Assembly: GCF_006345805.1 (NCBI RefSeq)
Contig: NC_043021.1
Location: 8,184,001 to 8,248,000 of the forward strand
Source of the DNA: Octopus sinensis
Lineage: Eukaryota
Direction of reading: 5' to 3'
DNA length: 64,000 bases
Within the stretch, counting starts at the first letter, position 1. The number at the start of each line of letters is the position of its first letter. The notes under the pieces were generated by a model. The model made no database searches and was not told where the DNA came from. It saw nothing but the letters and a program-made list of their open reading frames with translations. A program made the position numbers and the translations under genes. Positions 36,586 through 51,600 of this stretch are shown piece by piece.

Positions 36586-38789
36586 ATTAAACAGAATAAA
36601 AAGTTTCCTCATGAGGACCGTGGATCATCAAAAGCTTAAATACGCTTACAATGATTTCAATAGATAAAAACGGTCATTCAAACAGTGAAGAACAAAGTTA
36701 TTGACCTTTTCACTCAAAATAAGAATGAGTTTATTTTTTAAAAATATTTCTAAGTATTAAATTACATTTTATTACTATTTTTTTATCATACTTTCAAGAT
36801 TTTTCGTTACATCCTTTATCTTTTACTTGTTTCACTCATTGGACAGAGACAATGCCATGGCGCTGTCTTGAAGGGTTTCGTTGAATGAATTGAGCCCCAG
36901 TACATGTTTCTTAAGTTTGGCACTTATTCTATCAGGCTAAATCATTGGGACATAAACAAACCAACACTGGCTGTCAAGCATCAACAGTTGGAGGACAAAC
37001 ACAAATGCACATGCACCCCACACCATATATATATATATATACTTACATACACACACATCAGTCGATTTCACTCACTTTCTGTCAACCAAATTCACTCACA
37101 AAGCATTGTTGTTGTTGCTAAGCAACAAGATGGGTAAGAGTGATTAGGTGATGGTCTAGGGCTTAGGGGGCGGGAAACCCCAGACCTTGAAAAAAAAAAC
37201 TTTGGTCGTCTTGTTGTAATCGAAGGATCTTCGTTGACATCCGACACCACTTGGAGGTGGCCCTCGAAGTTGCTGGAAATGGAGATCTCCAGGTCCAAAT
37301 TCTTGAACGGCCTCACAAAGAATTGGTCTGCCTGTGGCTTAGGAGAAGACACTTGCCCCAGGTAGTGTGAAGTGGGACTGAATATATACATATAATATTA
37401 GATATGTAGATGTATACACAAGGGTACTAAATGAGTACCTACATCACTAAAAGACAGAAGTCAAAAAATACTTCGGTACCACTGAATAGTCACAATTTTA
37501 TTACAGACATGATAGGAAAAAATCTTAGTGAACAACAATAATGTCTTACCTCTACATATACATATACATATATATAAACCTCGCTAAGATAAATATTTCA
37601 ATTAACCTGAAGATTGACTGTAAACATAACTCGAATTATTACGAATTGTACAGCCATGAAACGATTGTAGTGTTTTACTCTTTATCTTTTATTAAACTTT
37701 TAATACTTTTGATATATATTTAAAATAATATAAATTAATTAATTTTATGTATTGGCTTAAGTTTTTCATTGTTTGATTTTCCTAATAGTGGTTTTATCTC
37801 TAATTTAATATAATATAATATATTTTACTATAAAATTGAATTTAATCCTAAATCTGATTTTTCCCTGTAAGTTTGGATTTATTCCCTAATATTTTATTAT
37901 ATATATATATAAGATACACGGAATTTTGTCAGTGAACAGGTCGTGGTCTCAGTGACAAAAATATTTTGACAAATTAAATTTAAATGTAGAAGTGAATCTA
38001 ACAGTTTGGCTTATAAACACCTTCCACGCTGCAATTGTTATATACACACATACACAATGGGCTTCTTTCAGTTTCCATGTATCAAATCCACTCACAAGGT
38101 TTTGGTTGGCCTATGGCTATAGTATAGTAGACACTTGCTCAAGGTGCTGTGCAGTGGAACTGAACCTGGATGCATGCGGTTAGGAAGCAACCTTTGTACC
38201 ACATAGAGTATATGAAAGCAATTCTTAAATATTTTTCTGAAGTAGCACCCATAAGAATTGAAGTCATGACCTGCCATTGGTCTCTTTTATTAATTCCAAC
38301 TGAATTTCTTTTTGATATTGTGTTTGTTTTTATTTATTCACTTATCTTTCTTCTCTGTAATGCATATTCTTTCTGACAAAACTATATTGCAGGAGAACTT
38401 TGGAAATATTTTCAAAATTATTTATTTACAGAATGGAAATATTTTTTATTGTGTTCTTACTGATATATCAAAACTTTTAGAGAACATTCACGATAATTAG
38501 TAATTGATTTAAATAATCAGTTAGCAATTTAAATAGTATCTATGAGTTAAAATGTAAAACAACACTTTAATTAATTAACTGGAAGAAATATAAGGTATCT
38601 AAAAGGGGATTCTAAGAGTTTCAGAATAAAACCAGATAATTTCATATTTGACGTTTGTAAAATCGAATTTGCTTTAGTTTCACTTTCATTTCAACTTGAC
38701 TAGCATGTCTCATGTCTCATGGATGCCTTGCGGCTCCTCATTTTATTGTGAATCCCAACAAAATATTTAAAGATCAGCAGATAATTATT

Positions 38790-38960
38790 GAAAGGCATAC
38801 AATTATGACACTGGCTTCGTCTTTGGTAGATTCAGCGACTTGTCTTGCTTGGTGTACCCACTTTGGATTGTTGAAGAATTCTCACATCTGTCCAGGGCAA
38901 AACTCCATTCAAACTAAGTCTAGCATTTTTTCCACATCTCTTACTTGCTGTTCATAGTGT
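38790..38960 (+). mobile_element. Possible Merlin/ISXO2-like transposase N-terminal relic
   Basis: DSATCLAWCTHFGLLKNSHICP...KSSIFSTS resembles the WLxxxGLLxxxxxC..SIRxGSIF pattern. Confidence 0.35.
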
Positions 38961-39610
38961 GTACCACTTATGATTATGAAATGTTTAATTGCAATAAACT
39001 TTTGGGATCACTATGATTTTACAAGTGAGGGAACGTGGCCTAGTGGTTAGGGTGTCAGCATCATGATTGCAAGATTGTAGTGTCGATTCCTGGACCGGGT
39101 GACGCGTTGCGTTTTTGAGCAAAACACTTCATTTCATGTTGCTCCAGTCCACTCAGCTGGCAAAAATGAGTAACACTGCGATGGACTGGTGTCCCGTCCA
39201 GCTGGGGAACACATATGCCATTGAAACCGGGAAACCGGGCCCATGAGCCTGGTTAGGCTTTAAAAGGGTGCATTTATTATTTTTTTATGATTTTACAAAC
39301 ATCAAATAGGAAATTACCCAAAACCAAACTGAAATTGTAAAATATCTCTCAGTATAAAGTTATAAAAAAGATTTTAAGTATATTAAATGAGCTTTTTGAC
39401 TTAGTTCTGAATAATCAAATTGATTTGTTTGGTGGTTGCAATCTCATTCTGTTTTCTTCTTTGGTAAGTTTTAATTTCTTACTCATTTGTCATTCAGTCT
39501 GATAGAAAGGATATTAGATGGAAAATATATTTTTTCCCTTCCTTTATAAGTTTTCTTCATGATATAAGGAAGGCACAATTTTCACAGTTAAAGAAGTAGT
39601 ATTCACATTA

Positions 39611-39667
39611 TCAAAGCCCAGTGGCTGCTTCAGAATCATTCATCTCATGATCACAAGCATTAGCTTC
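39611..39667 (-). CDS. Probable last DRAM/TMEM150-like exon ([18 protein letters not shown] stop)
   Basis: Strong acceptor TTTGGTTTTCTCTTTTCTAG, phase 0, open to TGA. Confidence 0.65.
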   Translation of the reverse strand, partial: EANACDHEMNDSEAATGL

Positions 39668-42600
39668 CTAGAAAAGAGAAAACCAAAAATTATTACCATA
39701 AATCTTTGAGTATAATTCGCATTTTTTCCCCAAAATTTAAAGGTCAAAATCCCTAGTGAGTATTATACACGAGGTTAAAAATGAAAAATATTTTCTAAGC
39801 AATGTCCGAGTCTCTATTTGCTGTCCAGCAATGTTTATTCAGACACATTTTGTGATGTCGGCCGCGAAAATACGTTAAGCTAAGCCCGAAAGCAATGAAG
39901 TCATAAAAGAATCATCCATAACTTGCAGTAAGCAACATTTATTAAACGTTATTACTGCTATTTCTTTATTTTCTGCAAACAAAATGCACAAAAATGCTAC
40001 ACGTGTGCATTACGTTATATATATACAATAATAATAAAGGATGTTACCGTATACAGTTTTACAAACCAAGGACGTTATATAGACCTCCTTGACTCAAGTT
40101 AGAGAAGGGGTGCGTATTATACACAAGGTTGAGGTTTTTCGGAGGTACAGCCCCCTAAAAATTCCCTGCATATTATACTCAAGGGCGGACTATACTCGAG
40201 GATTTACGGTACTCAATAACCCCACAACAGAAACTTTCTTACATTCAAATGATAAATTACTTCCCTTTACTCAACAATTTCAAAGGTTTTTAGACAGTTT
40301 ATGAATTTAATTTAAGTGAGGTATTTCAACTTTTCTCCTTAAGATAAATGGTTTGTGATCTCATCCAACGTTGCAAAATATTAAGAAATTTTTACTATTT
40401 TTATTTTTTATTTGTTCTAGTGTTGTTTATTCATTTATTTATTTAGTTTGTTGCTTGTTAGATATTTTTAAGAGAATTTCAAATTTTGGGATTAAAGAGA
40501 AGTTATCCTTAAATTGGTACAACTACTTGGCACAACTACTTGTAATGTTGCAGATTCAGTTATAGGCACCTGAGAGTCAGGTGGTGACATTAAAATTGGT
40601 GAGTTATTAAGTCTGTGACTCAAGAACAGGAACAGTCTCTCCAACTGGCTTCCACCAATTTCTATCTACCGAATTTGGTCAATAATAATAATAATGAAAT
40701 TATTGTATACAGTGCTCAGGTGCACCACAACTTGTCAAAAGTGTGTATAAAGAACTGAAGGTGTCCAGAATTGTGTCTGGTACATACTGGAATGATTAAA
40801 ATTAATGTGCCGGTGGCACGTAAAAAGCACCATCCGATCGTGGCCATTGCCAGCCACGCCTGGCCCCCATGCTGGTGGCACGTAAAAAGCACCATCCAAC
40901 CGTGGCCATTTGCCAGTTCCGTCTGGCACCTGTGCCGGTGGCACGTAAAAATCATCCACTACACTCACGGAGTAGTTGGCGTTAGGAAGGGCATCCAGCC
41001 ATAGAAACATTGCCAGATCAGACTGGGCCTGGTGCAGCCTTCTGGCTTCCCAGACCCCAGTTGAACCGTCCAACCCATGCTAGCATGATGGAAAGCGGAC
41101 GCTAAATGATGATGATGATGCTGTTAATCATTATGTTAATGTCATTTTCTCACTGATAATTATTTTTAATTAGATTTTTTTTTCTGCATATTACATTAAG
41201 TATGTTAATACTAAGCTAGCTACAATTCTTAAAAACATGCATTTTTATCTGGAATGAGAGTTATAGGGAAACAAAATAAATTTTTTTATTAAAGCGTAAT
41301 TTTGTTCTGTAACATACCTTATAGATTGTGCTAGGAAACTTGAACTGTACATGCCGAAAATCATGGAAGAACGTTCCTACATAGATAAGAATCATCAAGG
41401 CAAGTAGCCATTCACTGCATGTTGATGTGAGATAGACTCCTTTATGAACAGTCTGAAATATTCAAGTTATACAGATCGTCAATAACATGTAACAAAGAAA
41501 ATTCTCTTCTAAATACTCAAATATATATATATATATATGAGCATGGAATTTTGTCAGTGAACAAGTTGTAGTCTCAAAACGACGAAAATATTTTGGCAAA
41601 TTAAATTTAAATGTTGAAGTGAATCTAACGGTTTTTGTGTGTTTTTAAATGGCTTATAAACACCTTCCATGCTGCAATTGTTTTTGTTTCAGTACACTAT
41701 ATCTCAGATCGGGTCACTTGCTATGCAAGTACATCTCCGTACATATATATATATATATATAAACATATATACAGAATTTGAGGAAGCAACATCCACATAA
41801 GGAATTGTTAAAAACAATCATGATACCAACTGGGTTTAACCACATATATTGATAGGAAGATCATCAATATATATACTCTTACTCTTTACTCTTTTACTTG
41901 TTTCAGTCATTTGACTGCGGCCATGCTGGAGCACCGCCTTTTAGTCGAGCAAATCGACCCCGGGACTTATTCTTTGTAAGCCCAGTACTTATTCTATCGG
42001 TCTCTTTTGCCGAACCGCTAAGTTACGGGGACGTAAACACACCAGCATCAGTTGTCAAGCAATGCTAGGGGGACAAACACAGACACACAAACACATACAC
42101 ACACACACACATATATATACACACATATATACGACAGGCTTCTTTCAGTTTCCGTCTACCAAATCCACTCACAAGGCATTGGTCGGCCCGGGGCTATAGC
42201 AGAAGACACTTGCCCAAGATGCCCCGCAGTGGGACTGAACCCGGAACCATGTGGTTGGTAAACAAGCTACTTACCACACAGCCACTCCTGTGCCTGTGTA
42301 TATGTGTATAAACAGATTTTTTTGGATACTTTTGAGGTATTTTGTTGGTTGAGGTGGTTCCTTTTATATTCTTATAGGTATATTTTTTAATTTTTTGATT
42401 TGCATTACTTTTTCAATTGTAATACAAATAAAATGAACCAAGCATCTTTTTAATTTTTCTTCTCTATTTTCTTTTATTGACTTTTTAATTTTATAAATCA
42501 GGTCATCCCATAAGTTCTGTCCGATTTTACCTTTTTTAAAATTGAATGAAATTTAATAGTATTTTAAGATGTCTAATGGAATTAAAAATTGTTTTTATGC

Positions 42601-45600
42601 ATTTGTATACATTTAAACTAATTAAATATTATTTTACAGAATAAGGGAATTAAAATTTCTTTGATTAAAACCCTTTCTAACATGGAAGTATCAAAGAGCA
42701 TTTGAGGCACATAATGCTTTATGAATACAAAAAAAAAGGAAACTTTGCAGTCGAAGCGACTTGAAACATACACTCATTTTATGGGAAAGAATGCTTGAAT
42801 GAAAGAACTTGCAGAAGATGGTTTGCAAAATTCAGAAGTGGAGATTTCAGCCTTGAAGATGAAGATCAAACAGGATGACCAGTTGAGTTTAATGATAAGC
42901 TCCTTGAGGCATTACTTGAAGAAAATCCTGCATTATTAGTTGAAGAATTGGCAATAAAGCTTAGTTCAAACCATACAACTGTTCATCATCATCTTCAACA
43001 ACTTGGAAAGGTTCCTAAACTTGGAAAATGGGTTCCTCATGAATTGTCTGAAAGCAACTGCAAATCTCGAGTTGACATCTGCTCTTCTCTCCTTTCTCAC
43101 AAACTCATTTTACTCTTTTTGGATAGACTTGTGACTGGTGACAAAAAATGGACCTTCTATCAAAATGTTAAATGTCGTAAACAGTGACTTAGTAAAAGGG
43201 AAAAAGCTCAACCACAACCGAGAAGGGAACTTCATGGGAAAAAGGTTCTTCTCTCTATCTGGTGGGACTGCAAAGGAGTAATTTAATTTGAATTGTTACC
43301 ATCTAATGCAACAATCAATGCTTAAGTCTACTTAGAGCATTTGAACCAAGCTTTGAAGAAAAAAAAGACCTGCTTTAGTGAATCGAAAAGGAGTGATATT
43401 TCATCAGGACAATGTTTGACCCGACATTGCAAAGATCAAATCACAGAAGATCAAAGAGCTTGGTTGGGAAAAAATTCCTCATCAACCTTATTCTCCTGAC
43501 CTTGCTCCTTCAGACTACCATTTGTTTCATAGTTTACAGAATCATTTGGGGGACATAGCTTTCACAAGCCAAGAAGAGGTCGAAATTGACATTTTGGAGT
43601 TCTTCGCTTTGAAACCAAAAGAGTTTTACAATGATGGGATTAAAAAGCTAGTAAATAGATGGAAGGAAGTCATAGCTAATCAGGGAAAGTACATTGATGA
43701 TTGAATTTCAATCAAATATAACATTTAATCACTTGTTTTCTTTATTAAAATTTCGGACAGAACTTATGGGATGACCTGATATATATATATGTATATATAT
43801 TCATGAAGTTGTGAAGTAGACTGAAATAGACTTCATTTTATCCCCTTGCTTGAAATATTTTGAATACAAACTGTTTTCTCTTACTGTTACAAAATTTTTT
43901 TTTATATCTTTTACTTGTTTCAGTCATAGAACTGTGGCCATGCTGGAGCACTGCCTTGAAGAGTTTAGTCAAACAAATCGATTTATTTTTAAACCTGGTG
44001 ATTATTCTATCAGTTTCTTTTGCAAAAAAAAAAAATGCTAAGTTATGGGAGTATAAACAAACCAACACTGGTTATCAAATGGTAATCAAACGCAACACAC
44101 ATACAAAGACACATACATACACACATGCATTTATACATACAGCAGGCTTCCACACAGTCTCCAAATACCAAATTAGCATCACAAGGCATTGATTGATCCA
44201 AGGGCTTTACTAGGTGCTGCAGTGGGACTGAAGCTGAAACCATGTTGTTGTAAGCAAAATTCTTAACCGCACGACTAAATATGCTAATTTATTAACTCTA
44301 TCAACTTGTATTTTGTAAATATTTCACAAGGTAACAATCTTATTGGCACATTTCTCTGGCCATGGAGAAATATTACCTATTTCTTTACTACCCACAAGCG
44401 GCTAAACATAGAGAGGACAAACAAGGACAGACAAATGGATTAAGTCAATTATATCGACCCCAGTGTGTAACAGGTACTTATTTAATCGACCTCGAAAGGA
44501 TGAAAGGCAAAGTCGACCTCGGTGGAATTTGAAATCAGAATGTAGTGGCAGACGAAATACCTATTTCTTTACTACCCACAAGGGGCTAAACATAGAGAGG
44601 ACAAACAAGGACAGACTAACAGATTAAGTCGATTATATCGACCCCAGTGCGTAACTGGTACTTATTTAATCGACCCCAAAAAGATGAAAGGCAAAGTCAA
44701 CCTCAGTGGAATTTGAAATCAGAACGTAGCAGCAGACGAAATACCTATTTCTTTACTACCCACAAGGGGCTAAACATAGAGAGGACAAACAAGGACAGAC
44801 AAACAGATTAAGTCGATTATATCGACCCCAGTGCGTAACTGGTACTTATTTAATCGACCCCAAAAGGATGAAAGGCAAAGTCGACCTCGGCGGAATTTGA
44901 AATCAGAATGTAGTGGCAGACGAAATACCGCTCAGCATTTCACCCAGCATGCTAACGTTTCTGCCAGCTCGCCATGGAGAAATATTACCTTATTTGGAAA
45001 CATGAGGGTTGGCAACAGGAAAAGGATCCAGCCATAGGAAATCCACCTCAATAAAATTCATCCAATGCAAGCAAGCATTGAAAAGCATTAAAATGATGAT
45101 GATGATGATGATGGGAAGAGAGGTAGGTTGGTAGAATCATTAAGGTGTTAGACAAAATGACTTGTGGTGTTTACTCTTGGCCCTCTATACGAGTTCAATT
45201 CTTACTATGTTCAACTTTCATTCTGTCATATGAGTCAAGAACCAGGGTTCATTTAATCAGCAGTGTCCTCCCTAGAAGAATGTGTGGCATTGTGTCACTG
45301 TTGACAAACAATATTTATTAATTTTGACTTTTTACTTCCTCCCATTAACAATTATGAAACTATTCAAGACTTAAATGCTAATCCCCAACCCCGTCGTTAT
45401 CCCTCACACCTGAAAAATGGGGTCAACTAGAAGATATCAAAAGTCTGCTGTAATTCACAAATCATAAAAGAAAATGAGCCGAGTATTGTAAGTGAACAAC
45501 AGCAATGGTAAGGAAAGGGAGTAAGAAAGTTAGATGTTGTTATAAGGGAGAACTATTTTTATATGACAAAAGATGGACAACTGCCAACACTTTGGCTAAA

Positions 45601-48600
45601 ATGAGACTGTTATAAGTATTAAAATGCTTTCATAATAGAGGTAATCTTTTAGATGTGGAGGCGCAATGGCCCAGTGGTTAGGGCAGCGGACTCGCGGTCG
45701 TAGGATCGCAGTTTCGATTCCCAGACCAGGTGTTGTGAGTGTTTATTGAGCGAAAACACCTAAAGCTCCACGAAGCTCCGGCAGGGGATGGTGGTGATCC
45801 CTGCTGTACTCTTTCACCACAACTTTCTCTCACTCTTACTTCCTGTTTCTGTTGTACCTGTATTTCAAAGGGCCGGCCTTGTCACTCTCTGTGTCACGCT
45901 GAATATCCCCGAGAACTACGTTAAGGGTACACGTGTGTCTGTGGAGTGCTCAGCCACTTGCACGTTAATTTCACGAGCAGGCTGTTCCGTTGATTCGGAT
46001 CAACCGGAACCCTCGTCGTCGTAACCGACGGAGTGCTTCCATCCAATCTTTTAGATGCACATCAATGAAAGTAAGAAAGTTAACTCTTAAAGTCCCACAT
46101 CAAGAATATCTACAGCTGTAGTCTAATCCCGAAATGCATAAAACTACAGTTCAAATGGTGTTTGTTGCTCAGGAGTTGAAACTACAACTAAGCAGTCTTT
46201 TTGTGCAAGAAATAGAGCTTAGTTGCATCTTAGAAATAACTGCTGATCAAAAGACTTCCTATTTGCATCATGAGTTTTTTTATAAAGTTTTACAAGTTAG
46301 AATGTGCTAGTATTTACTTATTATTGATGGCACGCATGAATGACGAAGCCACCTTGACTATGATCCTATGAACCGTAAAAATTAATACAGAGAGTTGCTT
46401 ATTTACTCTTTTACTCTTTTACTTGTTTCAGTCATTTGACTGCGGCCATGGCCATGCTGGAGCACCGCCTTTTAGTCGAGCAACTCGACCCCGGGACTTA
46501 TTCTTTTTGTAAGCCCAGTACTTATTCTATCGGTCTCTTTTTGCCGAACCGCTAAGTAACGGGGACGTAAACACACCAGCATCGGTTGTCAAGCAATGCT
46601 AGGGGGACAAACACAGACACACAAACATACACACACACACGTACATATATATATATATATACATATATACGACGGGCTTCTTTCAGTTTCCGTCTACCAA
46701 ATTCACTCACAAGGCATTGGTCGGCCCGGGGCTATAGCAGAAGACACTTGCCCAAGATGACACGCAGTGGGACTGAACCCGGAACCATGTGGTTGGTTAG
46801 CAAGCTACTTACCACACAGCCACTTATTTACTTATTATTTATATTTAATTTATATATTAATGATTTAATTAGAAAATCGATGACCAGTAGCTGATTTCTG
46901 GTAAATATATAGTCTCTCATTTCGTTTTTGTCTTTGGTTTGCAAGATTCTTTATGTGAATTCGTGTGTTGAAGCATATTTTATTGTATCTGGGGAGAGTC
47001 ATTCTTTTAGTGCTTTATTAATTTAACACACTCACCAATTCTGATAATGGACAGAGTCAATGACTATTGGAAAGGTTTCAAGACACAATGAAAAATTTAG
47101 CAAAAATAAATAAGTAGGTGGCTGTGTGGTAAGTAGCTTGCTTACCAACCACATGGTTCTGGGTTCAGTCCCACTGCATGGCACCTTGGGCAAGTGTCTT
47201 CTACTGTAGCCTCGGGCCGACCAAAGACTTGTGAGTGGATTTGGTAGACGGAAACTAAAAGAAGCTTGTCGTATATATGTATATGTATATATATATATAT
47301 GTATGTGAGTGTATAAGTTTGTGTGGCTGTGTTTGTCCCCCACAACATTGCTTGACAACCGATGCTGGTGTGTTTATGTCCTTGTAACTTAGTGGTTTGG
47401 CAAAAGAGACTGATAGAATAAGTACTAGGCTTACAAAGAATAAGTCCTGGGGTCGATTTGCTCGACTAAAGGTGCTGCTCCAGCATGGCCACAGTCAAAT
47501 GATTGAAACAAGTAAAAGAGAAATGAGTGGAAATCAGACCGGTGAGTGTGTTAAATTAGTAAGGCACTAAAAGAGAATGACTCTCCTCAGACACAATAAA
47601 ATGCTTTCTTTTCTTTTATTTGTATCAGTATTTTATTTGCATGACTAAAGGTGGTGCTCCAGCATGGCCGCAGTCAAATGACTGAAACAAGTAAAAGAAT
47701 AAAATAATAAATAAACAACCATCCTGAAATATAAACAATACAAAATAATTACATTTTAAATCCTCCTCTACATATTCTGTCTCTTTAGATTCTCATGTGG
47801 TATAAAAGTCAATCCACATGATAGTGACATATGAAAAATGTAATAAGGAATGTTTTAATACTTACATATTTTGAACCTTGATATTTATTTCGCTTGTAAT
47901 ATATTACTGTGATTATAACTGGAGTTAGTTAAGGTAAAATGAAAATGTATTCAACGAAAGGAAATTTATATGATACAGAAATGAATGAAGAAAGTGTTTT
48001 ACAGTTTACTAGCAGTATCGCCTGGCGTTGCTCGGGTTTGTAAGGGAAATTAACTATATAAGCATTTTTAGAGAGTTATAGCCAAAAAATAGCAAAAAAA
48101 TGCATTTAAAAATCGTTGACTCATCGTAGACATTTTTAGAGAGTTACTTCCCTTATATAATAGCGAAAAAATGCATTAAAATGGAAAAAAATGATGGTAA
48201 ATTTTTTTTTTAATCATAGACTCATCGTAGACGCGCGCTAATACCCAGAAGGGCTTGATATGAATCACGACTATAAGATACCCGGTTTTGGTTAAACTGC
48301 ACTGCAAAATGTGGGAGTAGTTAGGAATCTAAATCGTAGGAGACAGACACACAACTTTACTTTTATATATAAAGATAAGTCTTTCAGTTAATAATTACAT
48401 ACTAGAATAAATCTGTTAAAGAATTCTTTGTAGCTTAATGTAGAATCTAAATTTAAAAAACTTGCTGCTGGTTTTATATATTTTCTAGTTTGATAACATA
48501 TCTGGAAAAGATGGCTGCTTGACATAAATAATAAATTAATTTTTTTGAAATTTTCAAGGAACATTAAAAAATCCAAATTTAGGAATAGCTTAAATGACCT

Positions 48601-51600
48601 TTATTTCACATTTTCTAGTTTAATAACTTTTAGTTCAGTATTTATCAGTTCAGGTTTTATTGTTTTCAGGAGGAGATTTTTGGAATTAGATAAATAACTA
48701 TAAATGAAACTTGAATAGTAAGTTACTAAACATTAGTGTTTAGTAAGACATCCTGAAATAGAAATGAAACTTTTCATATTTCTTTTGCTTCTACAAATAA
48801 AAGTTTGGTTACCTGCTCATAGGTATACCATATTTTCAATGTAGAAACTCTATATAATAGGGCAGAAATTAAATTAAAAATGATTATTATTTTCACCATA
48901 TTAGTTTAAAATTATTTTTGGCACAAGGCCAGAAATTTTGGAGAAGGGGTTAAGTCAATTAAATCGACCCAAGCTCAATTGATACATGCTTTATCAATCT
49001 CAAAAGGATGAAAGACAACCGATGCTGGTGTGTTTACGTCCCCGGTAGAATTTGAACTCAGAACGTAAAGATGGATAAAGTGGTAGAATTTGGTAGAATT
49101 TGGTACCTTGGTAGAATTTGAACTCAGAACGTAAAGATGAATAAAGTGGTAGAATTTGGTAGAATTTGGTACCTTGGTAGAATTTGAACTCAGAACGTAA
49201 AGATGAATAAAGTGGTAGAATTTGGTAGAATTTGGTACCTTGGTAGAATTTGAACTCAGAACTTAAAGATGGATAAAGTGGTAGAATTTGGTAGAATTTG
49301 GTACCTTGGTAGAATTTGAACTCAGAACGTAAAGATGGACAAAGTGCCGCTAAGCATTTTGCCTAGTGTGCTAATGATTCTGCCAGCTCGCTGCCTTTAT
49401 TTTCACCATATTAGATAATATTTAAATTACCAAGTAAAGTGAGGACATTGTAAGAATAATTCAGAATATCTTTTAGTACAGAATAAGAAAACAGATAAAT
49501 TTCTAAAATGTCACATGTTAGATATTAACCTCTCCAAGGCACAACCAGCTGATGGCACCACCCTGCACACTTTTCCCTTTCTGTACTCTTTAATGTTTTG
49601 CAAGCTCACTGATGTAAACTCATTGCAACTTTGGCAAGAACAGTAAAGTTAATTTTTCACTGAGGAGGTTTAATAAGACTAAAACATATCTGAAGTTGTC
49701 TCCCTTATTGATGGAACATTTAAAATGATACTGGTTTCAAATCTTGGCAAAAGGCCTGCAATTTTGGGGTAGAGAATAAGTCAATTACATCAACTCCAGT
49801 TCATAACTGGTACTTATTTTATCGACCCTGAAAGGATGAAAGGCAAAGTCAACCTCAGCGGAATTTGAACTCAGAATGTAAATGACAGATGAAATATCGA
49901 TAAGCATACAAGTTGATATATTTTTCATAACTGGGAAATACACCCAGCAACATCAACACTGTGCAAACATATATTGGGTTGTCCAGAAAGTTTGTGCTGA
50001 TTTATAGTAGCTTATCTTTCGACTTATTTTAGAACATGGTTGAGTTCATAAAATAGGATTTGACTACACCTCCATTTAGAGTACAGTTTAACCCTTTCAT
50101 TACCATATTTCTTTTGAGATGCTCTGTGTTTCTTTCAATTTAATTCAAATATAACAAAGAATTTAATAAGATAACTTAGCTATCATTCAGCTGGTGTCAG
50201 GAACATACATTGTGACTAAGGTGTGATAGAAGATTTTAATTCAAAACTTATGAAAACAAGACATTTGTACTACAGAGCCAGAGGCAGTGTCAGCCGGATT
50301 GGTATTAAAAGGGTTAAGCTATCTTTCTGTGGAAGAAGGTTTATGTTCCTATAACCTGTGTTAATTCTGTAACCCTTTAAAATGGAAGATAAGAAAGTTC
50401 ATTTTTGGCACTTGATGCTTTTCTTTTTCCATAAAGGGAAAAATACCTCACAAGCAACCAAAGAAATATGCACAGTTTACGGTGATGTTTCTTTATATGA
50501 AAGAACTGTACGGAAGTGGTTCACAAAGTTCCGAGCTGGAGATTGTAGCCTTATTGATAAAGAGCGATCAGGCAGACCATCCACTACAGATGATGACCAA
50601 ATCAAGTCATTAATTGAGAATAACCCACATTGTACAACCTGAGAATTGGCAGAAAGCCTCAACCTATCAAAATCCATCGTTCATGAGCATCTAGTAAAAC
50701 TTGGGTAATGGCAAGTATTTATTGATCTTTTTCTTTCCTTTAAAAATCGGCATGAACTTTCCGGACAACCCAATATTTACCAAAATTAAAATGACTAGAT
50801 TAAATTTATTACATATTCTATTTGTTTAGGAAAAGCTTTATGATAAAATTCAGTTTAGAGTTCACCTCCACCCCCCCCAAAATCGATTTAACTCCTTAGT
50901 GTTCACATTACTCTGTTAACTGAAATGGTTTATTTACTCTTTACTCTTTTACTTGTTTCAGTCATTTGAGTGCGGCCATGCTGGAGCACCACCTTTAGTC
51001 GAGCAAATCGACCCCGGGACTTATTCTTTGTAAGCCCAGTACTTATTCTATCGGTCTCTTTTGCCGAACCGCTAAGTGACGGGGACGTAAACACACCAGC
51101 ATCGGTTGTCAAGCAATGCTAGGGGGACAAACACAGACACACAAACACATACACACACATATATATATACATATATACGACAGGCTTCTTTCAGTTTCCG
51201 TCTACCAAATCCACTCACAAGGCATTGGTCGGCCCGGGGCTATAGCAGAAGACACTTGCCCAAGATGCCATGCAGTGGGACTGAACCCGGAACCATGTGG
51301 TTGGTTAGCAAGCTACTTACCACACAGCCACTCCTGCGCCTTTATTCATATTATTTTGAATTCATCATGCATTATCTTGGAACTTGGAGATTTCAATAAT
51401 GTAATTGTTTATGTTCAAAATGGCATTCTAGTATAAGTGTAAGATGCCTGATCTGGCTAAATTGCACATAAAGCAAGTAGAATATTTTGGTTGGTTATGG
51501 TGGATATGGCCTGTTTAACCCTTTAGTGTTCAGATTATTCTATCAAACATAACGCTTATTGATTCACATTGATTTGAATTAATCATGCATTATCTCATAT

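Noticed and set aside
48403-48501. 99-nt phase 0-0 segment with good splice sites as a DRAM-like cassette exon (likewise 47866-47919)
   Set aside because: The peptide does not fit the family alignment and the phases do not solve the frame; such sites occur by chance in AT-rich introns.
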